From a virus (lineage: Duplodnaviria > Caudoviricetes): a stretch of 59,217 nucleotides of DNA. The position numbers and the translations under genes were made by a program. The stretch is taken from IMG/VR virus record IMGVR_UViG_3300021088_000013, positions 1 to 59,217 of that record. The stretch is one strand, 5' to 3'. Under the pieces are notes generated by a model. It was not told where the DNA came from and did not search any database. It saw only the letters and a list, made by a program, of their open reading frames with translations. Position 1 is the first letter of the stretch; each line of letters opens with the position of its first letter. Shown piece by piece: positions 9,359 to 18,409 of this stretch.

Positions 9359-9520
9359 GGGGAACCGGGCGGCGTCACAGCTCGCTGCCTAAGTGATGTT
9401 GTGCCGCCACTCCGGTGCCCGGTTCCCTTTGCTGCGTTATTTCGTTGTACCGGGTATGCGCAGACCCACCCGGTTAAACGGGTGCCGAGAGTAGGAGTGT
9501 CACCGCGCCCCCGGCACCCG
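9359..9520. other. Three consecutive stem-loops (structured RNA or terminator candidate)
   Basis: Inverted repeats GGGAACCGGGC/GCCCGGTTCCC, ACCGGGT/ACCCGGT and CGGGTGCCG/CGGCACCCG. Confidence 0.65.
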
Positions 9521-9523
9521 AGC

Positions 9524-10099
9524 TTATGTCGCTGCGACGTTTTTGATGGCTTGACGAGCCTCAGGTGATAGTGACGCCCACAGGTCGGCGCTCATACCAG
9601 GCGGCAGCTTTTCGTCATTCACGAGCTCTCCCTCGGTCTCACCGGCGTCACTGCAGGTTCCGAGGAACGCCCCAGATACCGACGGCGGATCGTAGGTAGA
9701 GCTAAACTGCCGTGCCGGAGACATGCGGGGGTTTTTCGGTGGCTCATCATGGGTGTAGACAACGGTCAAGTCACCGCCTTCATCGATGCCTTTCGTCCCG
9801 GCTTTGCGGACAGCGTCGCCGATCGCGGAGCGCAACGCTCCTTTGACGTACAACCTGCGACGGCCGTCATCGTTTTCAACGCTGGGGTCGCGTAGCTCCG
9901 TTTGGAGGGTGACGACGAGTTGCATCATCGGATTGCCGTCGTCCCAGGTTTTTAGGTCGCCTTTGATGTCGGTTTGCTGCGCGGTGAACGGTTCCTCGCA
10001 TATGGTGCCGGAGATAACATCGCCGTACTGTGAGTTTTTCGTCGGCCAGTACGGCAGTTTGGTGCCGCCGAAAAAGTCCTCCGAGTCGTTTTTGGGCAT
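9524..10099 (-). CDS. putative ssDNA-binding protein
   Basis: WDDGNPMMQLVVTLQT...DDGRRRLYVKG resembles actinophage SSB-like proteins; position near replication genes. Confidence 0.6.
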   Translation of the reverse strand: MPKNDSEDFFGGTKLPYWPTKNSQYGDVISGTICEEPFTAQQTDIKGDLKTWDDGNPMMQLVVTLQTELRDPSVENDDGRRRLYVKGALRSAIGDAVRKAGTKGIDEGGDLTVVYTHDEPPKNPRMSPARQFSSTYDPPSVSGAFLGTCSDAGETEGELVNDEKLPPGMSADLWASLSPEARQAIKNVAAT

Positions 10100-10262
10100 T
10101 TCTAGTTTCTCTTTCGTGGTGTGTAGGGGTTCTGCGCCGAATGTTTTAAGCCGTCAGCGCGCGGCTAGTCTGGAAGATCGGAGATCTTTTGTAGCCACAT
10201 TTGGTACTCAGTCTCGGTAGCGATGTTTCTTATGAGTTGACGTAGCGTGGTATTCATTATGA

Positions 10263-10502
10263 TTATTCCTCCCCAGCGCGGTGCTCATAGTTAAGAGCAG
10301 CAACTATCGTAGAAGCGATAAATGGGTCACGGGCCATTGCGATGACCATTGAAGTGCCAGTAGATTGAACTTTCCAAATCGCTGAGCTTCCTGCTGTATG
10401 GTAGTAGGGGTGCATATGTTCAGGAACTTCATGGGTGATATGATGAATGTTCATAGTACTGATTGCGGATCCGTGTTTCGGTAGCAGGTCATCCGATTTC
10501 AT
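10263..10502 (-). CDS. hypothetical protein
   Basis: Coupled ORF. Confidence 0.55.
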   Translation of the reverse strand: MKSDDLLPKHGSAISTMNIHHITHEVPEHMHPYYHTAGSSAIWKVQSTGTSMVIAMARDPFIASTIVAALNYEHRAGEE

Positions 10503-10747
10503 GACGCGTCCTTCAATGCTTTCCGTATCTGCATGATTAGTCTATGGCTTGTGGCTGTCGGTAGGTAGATGAGAGCTTTGTAGGCGTCAGCTGCAGCTGA
10601 TAGCCAGATGCCCTGCTCTTTAGTGATGGTAGATGGTGCGCAGTATGCCGCCCATATCGCGTCGAGTGGGTCTGTCGGGTTAGGCCAATTCAATGTCAGC
10701 CCCAAATTTTCTCCCTCGATCCTAAGGAATTCGTTACTCATCGCCAT
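10499..10747 (-). CDS. hypothetical protein
   Basis: Coupled ORF. Confidence 0.55.
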   Translation of the reverse strand: MAMSNEFLRIEGENLGLTLNWPNPTDPLDAIWAAYCAPSTITKEQGIWLSAAADAYKALIYLPTATSHRLIMQIRKALKDAS

Positions 10748-10840
10748 TCCACAGCCAGCATTTTGACAGTGCCCATGCGATAGATGGCGGACCAGTGATA
10801 GCCAAAGCGATCAGTGCCCATCCTTGAAGCTCTTGAAATG

Positions 10841-11146
10841 TCATTTACTATCCTCTGCCATATTTGCTGCGGCTAGCAGAGCTGCGGCGAATAGCCGAGC
10901 GCCTCGTGGAGTGTGCGTATCGCTGGGGCATAAGTCTCTAATGAATAAACCCAAACGTTCAGCAATTCCCTTACCGTAGCAGATCTCTAGATCCGCATCA
11001 GAAATATCATCTGGTAGTTCGATGATGGCGATGCCGGGTAGGGCTAGCAGTACGTCGGCGAGGTCTTCGCCATCGAAGATTTGCTGCCAGCAGTTGTCTA
11101 CAAATTGGTCAATAACCTCTGCGAGACGTGTTCTGATGTCAGTCAT
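10841..11146 (-). CDS. hypothetical protein, MTDIRT...AAANMAE paralog 1
   Basis: Shares both termini with the adjacent gene. Confidence 0.75.
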   Translation of the reverse strand: MTDIRTRLAEVIDQFVDNCWQQIFDGEDLADVLLALPGIAIIELPDDISDADLEICYGKGIAERLGLFIRDLCPSDTHTPRGARLFAAALLAAANMAEDSK

Positions 11147-11479
11147 TTACCATTCCTCTGCCATATTTGCTGCGGCCAAAGTCTTGCTTGTGAAGATGTA
11201 TTGTGCGATAGATTCGGCATCGCGATCTAGTTGATGCATCGCTTCTGCCACAGAGCCACTATAGTGTTCGTAGGATGTACCATGGCTACATGCATAACCT
11301 TGGATGCCGGCTGCGATAGCAATTAATAGCGCATCACGCTCCACGATGACAATATTGGGCAGAGACAACACAGTGTCGCATATTTCACCAACGACACGGT
11401 GACTGGACCATGCATCGGAGTCGCTGTTATTCCATATCTCATCTAATGCGTCTATGAGTTGCGTTCTGATGTCAGTCAT
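11147..11479 (-). CDS. hypothetical protein, MTDIRT...AAANMAE paralog 2
   Basis: Shares both termini with the adjacent gene. Confidence 0.75.
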   Translation of the reverse strand: MTDIRTQLIDALDEIWNNSDSDAWSSHRVVGEICDTVLSLPNIVIVERDALLIAIAAGIQGYACSHGTSYEHYSGSVAEAMHQLDRDAESIAQYIFTSKTLAAANMAEEW

Positions 11480-11655
11480 TCTGTTTTCTCAGCTAATTCT
11501 GCAGCGATAATGTGGCCAATAATGGTTTTAAGACGCTCGTATTCAGCACGCGTGGCCTTTAGTTCGGCGAGGAGTTTCTCGGACACACGGCGAGGCAGCG
11601 GAGCGTATGGCATGTGGGACAAAAGGCTTTCCGCGCGCTCGACGATGTCCATCAT
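11476..11655 (-). CDS. small helical protein (DI.ERAE...AELK family)
   Basis: Hand-translated MMDIVERAESLL...LLAELKATR. Confidence 0.6.
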   Translation of the reverse strand: MMDIVERAESLLSHMPYAPLPRRVSEKLLAELKATRAEYERLKTIIGHIIAAELAEKTE

Positions 11656-11840
11656 TAGCTCATCCAGCCGTCTTGACGTGCCTGGATAACGGCTTTATGG
11701 CGGCGCCAGCGGCGTTGATCTTCGCGCGCGGCTTTTAATTCTGCGACGAGCGCAGGGACGAGTGTTCGAGCCTCAGCCATGAATTTAGCATCGGCTTCCA
11801 GTGCGGCTTCGGCCTGTTCGATGATGTCGTCGCTCATCAC
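11655..11840 (-). CDS. small helical protein (DII.AE...AELKAAR family)
   Basis: DDIIEQAEAALE...LVAELKAAR. Confidence 0.65.
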   Translation of the reverse strand: MMSDDIIEQAEAALEADAKFMAEARTLVPALVAELKAAREDQRRWRRHKAVIQARQDGWMS

Positions 11841-12193
11841 ACCACCTGTCCGATCGGCTCGCGTGGTACGACGTACTCCGGGCAGTACGCCAAGGCAGCT
11901 GATATTACCAGGTAGTTGGCTCGGGGGAGGGTGTTTGCGGCGCCTGCTGCAACTTCTCCCATGACGACGTTGATCAACGGGATACCACGGTCGAGTAGCG
12001 CGCAGATCCCGCGAGCGGCAGCCACGGCGGCGTCTTCGTCTGGGTAGTCGATGTGAGCAACGTCGAGAGTGTGGATAAACCGCTGGTCGGCTTCGTTACC
12101 TGGGCTGCCGCGGTGAGTTGCCGCGACAAACGCGATCGTCGCGGCGAGTGTTAGCGCGGTGAACATGGCGAGTAGCCACATTTTTGATTTCAT
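11837..12193 (-). CDS. DUF732 exported protein
   Basis: Signal/TM segment, then DQRFIHTL...ARGICALL...AALAYCPEY. Confidence 0.82.
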   Translation of the reverse strand: MKSKMWLLAMFTALTLAATIAFVAATHRGSPGNEADQRFIHTLDVAHIDYPDEDAAVAAARGICALLDRGIPLINVVMGEVAAGAANTLPRANYLVISAALAYCPEYVVPREPIGQVV

Positions 12194-12195
12194 TA

Positions 12196-12399
12196 CTAAT
12201 CCTTCAGAATCGCGCCGACACGCGCGCGCCAGGGGCCATCTGCTTTCATTTCCTGTACGCATAGGATTTCCTGGGCGTACTTCATGCCGTCTAAGAATAG
12301 TTCAGGAACATCAGTTTTAGAATTTAGATCCTCAATTTTTGAATGTAACATTTCAACTCCAGGTGTTACAAGTAGATCGAATATATAATTATTCTTCAT
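12196..12399 (-). CDS. hypothetical protein
   Basis: Packed ORF. Confidence 0.5.
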   Translation of the reverse strand: MKNNYIFDLLVTPGVEMLHSKIEDLNSKTDVPELFLDGMKYAQEILCVQEMKADGPWRARVGAILKD

Positions 12400-12604
12400 C
12401 CCAGCTCTTCAATACTCCGATGATTGGATCTGCATCCGGCATGGAGCAGACTTTCTTATGCGCATCGAACCACAGGTCCGAAAGCTCCTTTGTTAAAGGG
12501 GGGTCTGTTTCATCAGTCCATGGACAGAATGTCCCACACTGCCAGCATCCTGCTGATACAAGTTGGTTAGCATCACTGTAATCGAATTCACTATAGTCTG
12601 TCAT
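12389..12604 (-). CDS. small Zn-binding protein
   Basis: CWQC...H...C. Confidence 0.55.
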   Translation of the reverse strand: MTDYSEFDYSDANQLVSAGCWQCGTFCPWTDETDPPLTKELSDLWFDAHKKVCSMPDADPIIGVLKSWDEE

Positions 12605-12610
12605 GGTATC

Positions 12611-12961
12611 TCACTCTAGAACTTCGGTGTATGGGACACCTTTTGTTGGAATAGCTGCATGCCATTTTTGTTCGTATTTATTCTGTCTATCCCAAGTTCG
12701 TGACCATGGATTCCATTGATATAGATCCCCATCTGGATTTCGCCACGCCACAGCTGATCGCTCATTTATTCCTAGGCTGTAAACAACGCGGAGCTTCTGG
12801 GCACGTATGTCAGCGAGTTCAGCTTCCAAATGCCAGGCCTCGCGGCGCGAATCCTCTAGCGCATCAGCAAGCTGGTTGATGAGGGTGCTGCATTCGCCCC
12901 ATAGGAATTTTGAAACTTCTCTGGCTGTAGATATGAGCCGATCATTGGCCGTGTCGGTCAT
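12611..12961 (-). CDS. hypothetical protein
   Basis: Packed ORF. Confidence 0.6.
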   Translation of the reverse strand: MTDTANDRLISTAREVSKFLWGECSTLINQLADALEDSRREAWHLEAELADIRAQKLRVVYSLGINERSAVAWRNPDGDLYQWNPWSRTWDRQNKYEQKWHAAIPTKGVPYTEVLE

Positions 12962-12962
12962 G

Positions 12963-13112
12963 CTATTGTCCTCGTAGACGTTGAAGTTCTCCGTGCAGCT
13001 TTTTTAGTTCTTTGACGAGTTCGGCGATGATTCCAATGAGGTGTGGAGGGTTTAGTTTCGGGTCATACGACGTAAGCATTACCGTTTCAGCGCGTTTGAT
13101 GATGTCTGTCAT
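12963..13112 (-). CDS. small helical protein (DII.RAE...ELK family)
   Basis: Hand-translated MTDIIKRAE...ELVKELKKL. Confidence 0.55.
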   Translation of the reverse strand: MTDIIKRAETVMLTSYDPKLNPPHLIGIIAELVKELKKLHGELQRLRGQ

Positions 13113-13310
13113 GCTTTTATTTCCTTAGATAAGACGAACTGGATGATGTGGAAATTGTATGCATCCTGAGTTTGGAGGAGATATTGTCAATCTAATGCAT
13201 GATGGGGAATGACGAAACATAGGCGCTTCCTTGTAAACGGCATCGGATGAAATGCATAATGGTATTATAGCGATAACGACAATGATAGATACACGAATCA
13301 TGGTGATGTA

Positions 13311-13625
13311 TCAACTGTATTTGTTAATAATATCTTTGACGATGAGTTGTAGATCTTCGATTGTATTTTCGTAATGGAATAGTTTGTGAGCGTCTTCGTA
13401 GGTTAGGCCAAGTAGCTGAACCGCTAATTGCTGAGGATGAACTATTTGGCCATGGTTATCAGAGAAGAGTCTTTCACCTAGGTACCTATACCCAGATAGT
13501 AGGCATGTCCAACCGGCAAAACATGCCGTTGTTCCACAGTCATCGACCCAAACTGTCTGATTGTGTGCTTTGGGATTGTCTATGATATGCCTCATAGTTT
13601 GTTCGAGAAGCTCGGTGTTTATCAT
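13311..13625 (-). CDS. hypothetical protein, paralog of 14873..15202
   Basis: LLEQTMRHIIDNP..HNQTVW...CGTTACFAGW. Confidence 0.75.
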   Translation of the reverse strand: MINTELLEQTMRHIIDNPKAHNQTVWVDDCGTTACFAGWTCLLSGYRYLGERLFSDNHGQIVHPQQLAVQLLGLTYEDAHKLFHYENTIEDLQLIVKDIINKYS

Positions 13626-13899
13626 CGTGTTACCCTTCCGCAGTATTGGCACTGCAGGAATATCCTGCCGCTAGGATGCTGATGAACTGCAAAGCTATGT
13701 TTATGTAATAGCTGTTTAAGAATTCTCATTTGAATTCCACCATTGGTGCTAGTACTTTTGCTATGCGTTTAGCTATTTCATCTTCCGTTCGATAGATAGC
13801 GCAAACTCGATCATTCACATCCGTGCCTGTAATGTAGGTCAGATTAGGAATTTCTAGGATTATTTTGGCGATAATCTGTTCTGTCTCACTCATTACTAA

Positions 13900-14001
13900 T
13901 CACTTCCAAACATGCTGTATGAAGATATGGAGAGCGAGCCCCGTCATAATGGCTGTCAAGGAAAGCTTTAACCAAAGGATGGCAGCATCAAGGTTACTCA
14001 C
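13900..14001 (-). CDS. small membrane protein
   Basis: GTG start (VSNLDAAILW...); single hydrophobic helix; overlaps the nuclease stop. Confidence 0.45.
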   Translation of the reverse strand: MSNLDAAILWLKLSLTAIMTGLALHIFIQHVWK

Positions 14002-14876
14002 TTTGCCACCTCGATCGGTCCGGTCATTCCTGAATGGTTGGTTATCAGCGGTCGGTATGCTGCGCCGCCAGCGCAGGCGTAGGGGTTGACGCCATGGCGT
14101 TCCGGGTTGATAGCGAACCACGGGCACCAGGTGCACTGGTACGGCGTCAAAGGGATCAACGCGAGGCGTTCCGGATGTTGTTCGATCTGCAGTTCATCTA
14201 TGAGCACGATCATGTCGTCAAGTCTTTTGAGAATACTGTCGACTCGGGTGTCGTCGTACGGTCGTATCCACAGGAAAGAGCCACTAAGGCGCCCGGCACG
14301 CGGGATGAACCAAATCCCCACACGATCGACGGGGTAGCCCGCGTTCTGGTAACCGCGGCCATACAGGAAGGCTTGTGATTCGTAGATCGGTGAAGGTCCA
14401 TTCTTGCGATACTCCGTCATAGCTGTAGTGCCAGGGAATTTGTAGTCGATGACAGTGTTGGTCCAGGTGTCGTACAGGTCGCAGGTACCAGTGAGACCCT
14501 CTCGAACGGTGACTTTAGTTTCAGTAAGCCAGCGTGGGAGTGGAAATCCAGATATTAGTGACCAGTTCTCGCCAATCTCTTTAAGTAGTCGCTCGTTATC
14601 CAATTTCGCCGCTTCTTCCATGGCTTTGTGCGCCGCTACACCGATGTAGGATGGGAGAACGTCACCGCGGGGGTTGATGACGCTGCTAGTGTCGGCTAGC
14701 AGCCCGGAGATGACGTTCCTAGCGCAGGGGTGCCCAACCTGTGACGGCCCGAGAGCGATCTGATTGTGTCGTGGATGCGAATGATCATGTGCGATAACCA
14801 TCGCTTTCAGGTCAGTGAGCAATGCGTCTTCGTTCTTCGATTCGGAAGCTAGAAAGTCTGCTGATGAATTGGTCAT
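13998..14876 (-). CDS. Cas4-like PD-(D/E)XK exonuclease
   Basis: GPSQVGHPC...IGVAAH...GTCDLYD...IDYK...CTWC...C (split four-Cys motif). Confidence 0.85.
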   Translation of the reverse strand: MTNSSADFLASESKNEDALLTDLKAMVIAHDHSHPRHNQIALGPSQVGHPCARNVISGLLADTSSVINPRGDVLPSYIGVAAHKAMEEAAKLDNERLLKEIGENWSLISGFPLPRWLTETKVTVREGLTGTCDLYDTWTNTVIDYKFPGTTAMTEYRKNGPSPIYESQAFLYGRGYQNAGYPVDRVGIWFIPRAGRLSGSFLWIRPYDDTRVDSILKRLDDMIVLIDELQIEQHPERLALIPLTPYQCTWCPWFAINPERHGVNPYACAGGAAYRPLITNHSGMTGPIEVAK

Positions 14877-15202
14877 ATAGTGATGTCTTCGCCATTGAGC
14901 AGCATTTTTACATAGCGTTGTAGATCATCTATTGTGTTACCTGAGAAAAACAATACCATAGCTTCATCATCGGATAGTCCTAGGTATAATCTCGCCTTTT
15001 CAGGAATTTCACGTCTAACATTTAATGAATTTAGGTTGTTAAACCAATCAAAATCAGGTTTATGCAGTACACATGCCCAACCAGCTAGGCATGCAACAGT
15101 ATCGCAATCAAAAGTTGTAAGCCATACCGTTTGATTGTGATTATCTGGATTATCGACAATGTGCTGCATTGTTTTCTCAAGTAGAGCTTTATTCAATGGC
15201 AT
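14873..15202 (-). CDS. hypothetical protein, paralog of 13311..13625
   Basis: LLEKTMQHIVDNP..HNQTVW...CDTVACLAGW. Confidence 0.75.
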   Translation of the reverse strand: MPLNKALLEKTMQHIVDNPDNHNQTVWLTTFDCDTVACLAGWACVLHKPDFDWFNNLNSLNVRREIPEKARLYLGLSDDEAMVLFFSGNTIDDLQRYVKMLLNGEDITI

Positions 15203-15441
15203 AAGGTTTTAACCCCTTTTCGGAATCTGCGTGTGTGTCCATAGAGCCGACCGCCGATGACTCCATGCATCACTTTGTCATGCGCGTTTCTGGCGTATTT
15301 CTTAGCGAAAGTCTCACAAGGAGTCAAGATAGGGCAGCTATTACACAGAGCGAGCGCTGAAATAACATCTTTTAAGGTGTTTCCATCCATGATTTCTGCA
15401 TGTCCGATGCATGCAGCATCGTCGTACCTAGGTAGCTTCAT
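15193..15441 (-). CDS. whiB: WhiB-like Fe-S transcription regulator
   Basis: AAC...CNSCPILTPC...GVIGG with a basic tail. Confidence 0.8.
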   Translation of the reverse strand: MKLPRYDDAACIGHAEIMDGNTLKDVISALALCNSCPILTPCETFAKKYARNAHDKVMHGVIGGRLYGHTRRFRKGVKTLCH

Positions 15442-15686
15442 TATGTCGCCTCAGGCTTACCATGAGGAAGACCCCGTATCTTTTCAGGATGAAATCCAGT
15501 CCATACCCCGTTGCTTGTTACAACAACCGGCAACCGGGTATGGCCGGCCGCTATCAGATTTTCGTAAGACTTTTTATCGACACTAACATCGATTTCTCGA
15601 TACGAAACATTTTGCGCATCCATTAGCATTTTTGTCATACGGCAGGCTTGACAATCGGGAGATGTATAGATTAGGTTTTCCTTCAT
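15441..15686 (-). CDS. nrdH: NrdH-like glutaredoxin
   Basis: IYTSPDCQACRMTK...LPVVV...WTGFHPEKI. Confidence 0.9.
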   Translation of the reverse strand: MKENLIYTSPDCQACRMTKMLMDAQNVSYREIDVSVDKKSYENLIAAGHTRLPVVVTSNGVWTGFHPEKIRGLPHGKPEAT

Positions 15687-15829
15687 TTGCCATTAACCTC
15701 ATGATTAAGTTGTTCGAGTTCTGCACGCCAATAGTCGTCTGATGTCCACAATCCATCAGCAGCAATGCATATAGTGTTGGCTATCCCGTATAGCACTGCG
15801 GCTACCTGTTTACGCATTATGACCATCAT
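15683..15829 (-). CDS. small hypothetical protein
   Basis: C-terminal part of ORF 15683..15907; start uncertain. Confidence 0.4.
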   Translation of the reverse strand: MMVIMRKQVAAVLYGIANTICIAADGLWTSDDYWRAELEQLNHEVNGK

Positions 15830-16136
15830 TCTTGCGCCAACCTTCGTTAAAAATGGCTCTAGCAGTTTGTTTGGCTTTAGCATATTCCCATGCTCCGGAA
15901 CCGGCATAATGTTGAATTATGTCAGCAAGTTCCGTGATGTGGTATTCGTGTAGAAGCTCTTTACGCTCATATTCATCAGCGAAAATCTCTAATGCAGATG
16001 CGCTGTACTCAACCGAGTCAATGCTAACGCTATCATCTCCTTCGTGATAATAAGCCGCTACCTTTCGAAGTGTTTTTGCGGCAAGATGAATATCTTGAAT
16101 AAATGCTTTATCATGTTCATTGAGATCTGTCATCAT
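15810..16136 (-). CDS. hypothetical protein, paralog of 1235..1498
   Basis: Shared motifs (see 1235..1498). Confidence 0.65.
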   Translation of the reverse strand: MMTDLNEHDKAFIQDIHLAAKTLRKVAAYYHEGDDSVSIDSVEYSASALEIFADEYERKELLHEYHITELADIIQHYAGSGAWEYAKAKQTARAIFNEGWRKNDGHNA

Positions 16137-16453
16137 TTCCCGCCACATCCAAATGTTCGTATTGCCTCAGCACCGGTAAGGAATATTCTCACCGTTTGAC
16201 GATGTTCAGAATCACGAACGCTCCAGTACTTAGTGATAGGGTTTCGGTATATAAGCCAGTGTGTAGTCACGTCGTAGCAGCCCAAGCGTTCGGGTCATGC
16301 GACACCGCAACGGATAATTCTTTCTCCGCTGCACTCAGTTCAAACTCAGCCTCGAAAAGTTTGTTGCGCAATGAAACCACCCGCATTTGAGCAGCGTCAC
16401 GGCGAACGATAGCGATGTGTTGAATATCATTCATCAGCCGATCCGTTCGAGTG

Positions 16454-16741
16454 TCATCTTGTGTTTATTCCTTCTGCCGTGTCGCGGTTTGGCAGGTCGA
16501 AGAGCGGTATATTAATGCGCCGCATTTCACTAGCTTGTCCAAGCGCTTCGAGAGCTGCAGTGTAAATCATATTGTGAAACTTCTGAGCATCTGCTTCATT
16601 TAACGCTGTGTATTTGCATTCGGCACTAATTCGCACATGCCATCCGTGCTCAGTGACTGACGCTTTGACTGACCAACCTTGGGCCCCGGCACTATAGAGG
16701 TGGCTATCGGCACCGTGCTGCCGATGATTTAGTCCAGACAT
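16454..16741 (-). CDS. hypothetical protein
   Basis: Packed ORF. Confidence 0.55.
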   Translation of the reverse strand: MSGLNHRQHGADSHLYSAGAQGWSVKASVTEHGWHVRISAECKYTALNEADAQKFHNMIYTAALEALGQASEMRRINIPLFDLPNRDTAEGINTR

Positions 16742-16986
16742 TATGAGAATGTTCCGTCTAAGTCATCGATGTAGTCCCGGTGATCGATGGCTGAGATTTC
16801 GTCGACTGTCTGATCGAGCTGCGGCATCGCATCAGCGAAAGGGTGTACCCACCCTGCGAGGATAAGTTCGTTGTTCTCGCGCACCTCGACATACGGCGGA
16901 TCATCTGCGCGCCATTTGATGGTTATAGCTGGAGTTTCGTTAGCCTTACGCTGAGCTGCTTTATAGGCTGGATGGTGAACTGTCAT
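16741..16986 (-). CDS. hypothetical protein
   Basis: Likely start at MTVHHP, ATGA-coupled. Confidence 0.55.
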   Translation of the reverse strand: MTVHHPAYKAAQRKANETPAITIKWRADDPPYVEVRENNELILAGWVHPFADAMPQLDQTVDEISAIDHRDYIDDLDGTFS

Positions 16987-17255
16987 CGTATCTCCATTGA
17001 TCTGTACTCTTTCGTTTCCATAGCATTTTCGTATATTTCTGGGCAATACTCCCGAAGATACTTTTGGGACAGCCGTCTAGACTTATATTTACGCCATGTG
17101 ACAACAACCTGTCCATCAACTTCGCCGACTTCGTTATCACCCATTACCTCTTCGACAACTGAACGCGAACGATTGAACATTTCTTCAAGCTCTTTGATGC
17201 GCGATTTGCATTCACGCATGATTTCGATGTGGTCGCTAATACTGTCGAGGTTCAT
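16983..17255 (-). CDS. hypothetical protein
   Basis: Coiled coil plus GEVDGQVVVTW. Confidence 0.65.
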   Translation of the reverse strand: MNLDSISDHIEIMRECKSRIKELEEMFNRSRSVVEEVMGDNEVGEVDGQVVVTWRKYKSRRLSQKYLREYCPEIYENAMETKEYRSMEIR

Positions 17256-17617
17256 GCATTCGCTAGTTCTTTAACTGGTAGTGGATATTCGATGTCGGCA
17301 GACTCGACTGCTTCTGACCAGGGACGTTTACAGTCTTGAACCATTTGAACTTCTAATAACCAGTCAACCTCTTTTGGAGTGAATCCGAAAAGCTTTTCAC
17401 CTATCTTGCTGATTGAATTTTTGTTAGCGGGTTCGTAGAAGAATGTTTCGTCTATTAGTCCTGCTTTCCAAAGTCCATGACCGACAAGGCAGGATGGAAC
17501 GTAATTTCCATTATGGGTATAGTCAACGAATTTGCACGCTCCGTTATGCACATGATAACGATTTTCTGCGACAGTTTCACGTATTGCCTGAATGACCTGT
17601 TCACCATTTTTGCTCAT
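17252..17617 (-). CDS. hypothetical protein
   Basis: C...PSCLVGH...Q..QD...W pattern typical of actinophage early genes. Confidence 0.65.
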   Translation of the reverse strand: MSKNGEQVIQAIRETVAENRYHVHNGACKFVDYTHNGNYVPSCLVGHGLWKAGLIDETFFYEPANKNSISKIGEKLFGFTPKEVDWLLEVQMVQDCKRPWSEAVESADIEYPLPVKELANA

Positions 17618-17843
17618 TATTTTCCTTACTACTATGTTCGTTCATGACGTGTGAATGTGCAGTTGCCTGAGCGGCTTGATCGTCACGCTCAGGCAACGCG
17701 CCCTTGGGAGGGTTGATATTTATCCGAAGCTTCTCATGGCCTCGCTGGCTGTAAACGCAGCTCATTTTATGATTGTCGTTCACAATTTCTTTGCTCGGCA
17801 TGCGGCCGCAACAGGTGCAGATAGCCGTATCATCGAGTGTCAA
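17601..17843 (-). CDS. hypothetical protein, first gene of the early arm
   Basis: TTG start with GAGGGAG SD; CTCC...H..C. Confidence 0.55.
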   Translation of the reverse strand: MTLDDTAICTCCGRMPSKEIVNDNHKMSCVYSQRGHEKLRININPPKGALPERDDQAAQATAHSHVMNEHSSKENNEQKW

Positions 17844-17978
17844 TGTCTCCCTCTTTTCCGTGGAGTGGCGGGGACCACATCAGTAGGCCACACCCGAGGT
17901 CGGAAGCGCAAGGGTTCTGTGAAAACTGGTTGATCTTGAAGGTGTTTTGGCAGGTCAAGAGGAAGAAACGGCCAACTA

Positions 17979-18025
17979 GTCAAGAATCCTTGACATCATC
18001 CCTTAGTTAAGATACTGTTGACGGC
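17979..18025 (+). promoter_or_regulatory. SigA-type leaderless promoter with overlapping operator
   Basis: TTGACA(17990)-17-TACTGT(18013)-7-ATG; inverted repeat GTCAAG-aatc-CTTGAC covers the -35. Confidence 0.75.
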
Positions 18026-18409
18026 ATGGCGCTTCCTGAATTTGAACACCTACCTCCTTACTGGATACTGAACATTGAGATGGAGGCGCAATATCTCCAT
18101 AGTGCTCACGAACGAGTTCAGAGAGAGGTACAGGCTGCTCGCAATCACGGCGCATCCTGGCGGGAGATCGGCGAAGCACTCGGCGTCAGCCGGCAAGCCG
18201 CACAGCAGCGATTTGGAAAAGTGATTGAGAGACCAAGCCATATGCGCAATGTGTTCGAATGTAACGGACTACAGTTCCGTCTGAATACCCACGAGCGCCA
18301 CTGGCTACTTTCCTACTGGGATCAAAACCGCTGGTTATCACTGTCACAGTGGCGCTCCCGCAAAGAGGCGATTAACGCTGCTGAGTGCTTCACCCCTATA
18401 GACCGCTAA
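18026..18409 (+). CDS. HTH DNA-binding protein
   Basis: ARNHGASWREIGEALGVSRQAAQQRFG. Confidence 0.85.
   Translation: MALPEFEHLPPYWILNIEMEAQYLHSAHERVQREVQAARNHGASWREIGEALGVSRQAAQQRFGKVIERPSHMRNVFECNGLQFRLNTHERHWLLSYWDQNRWLSLSQWRSRKEAINAAECFTPIDR

Noticed and set aside
9359-9428. tRNA or SRP RNA
   Set aside because: No cloverleaf or TTC loop, and no SRP GGAA-loop motif.
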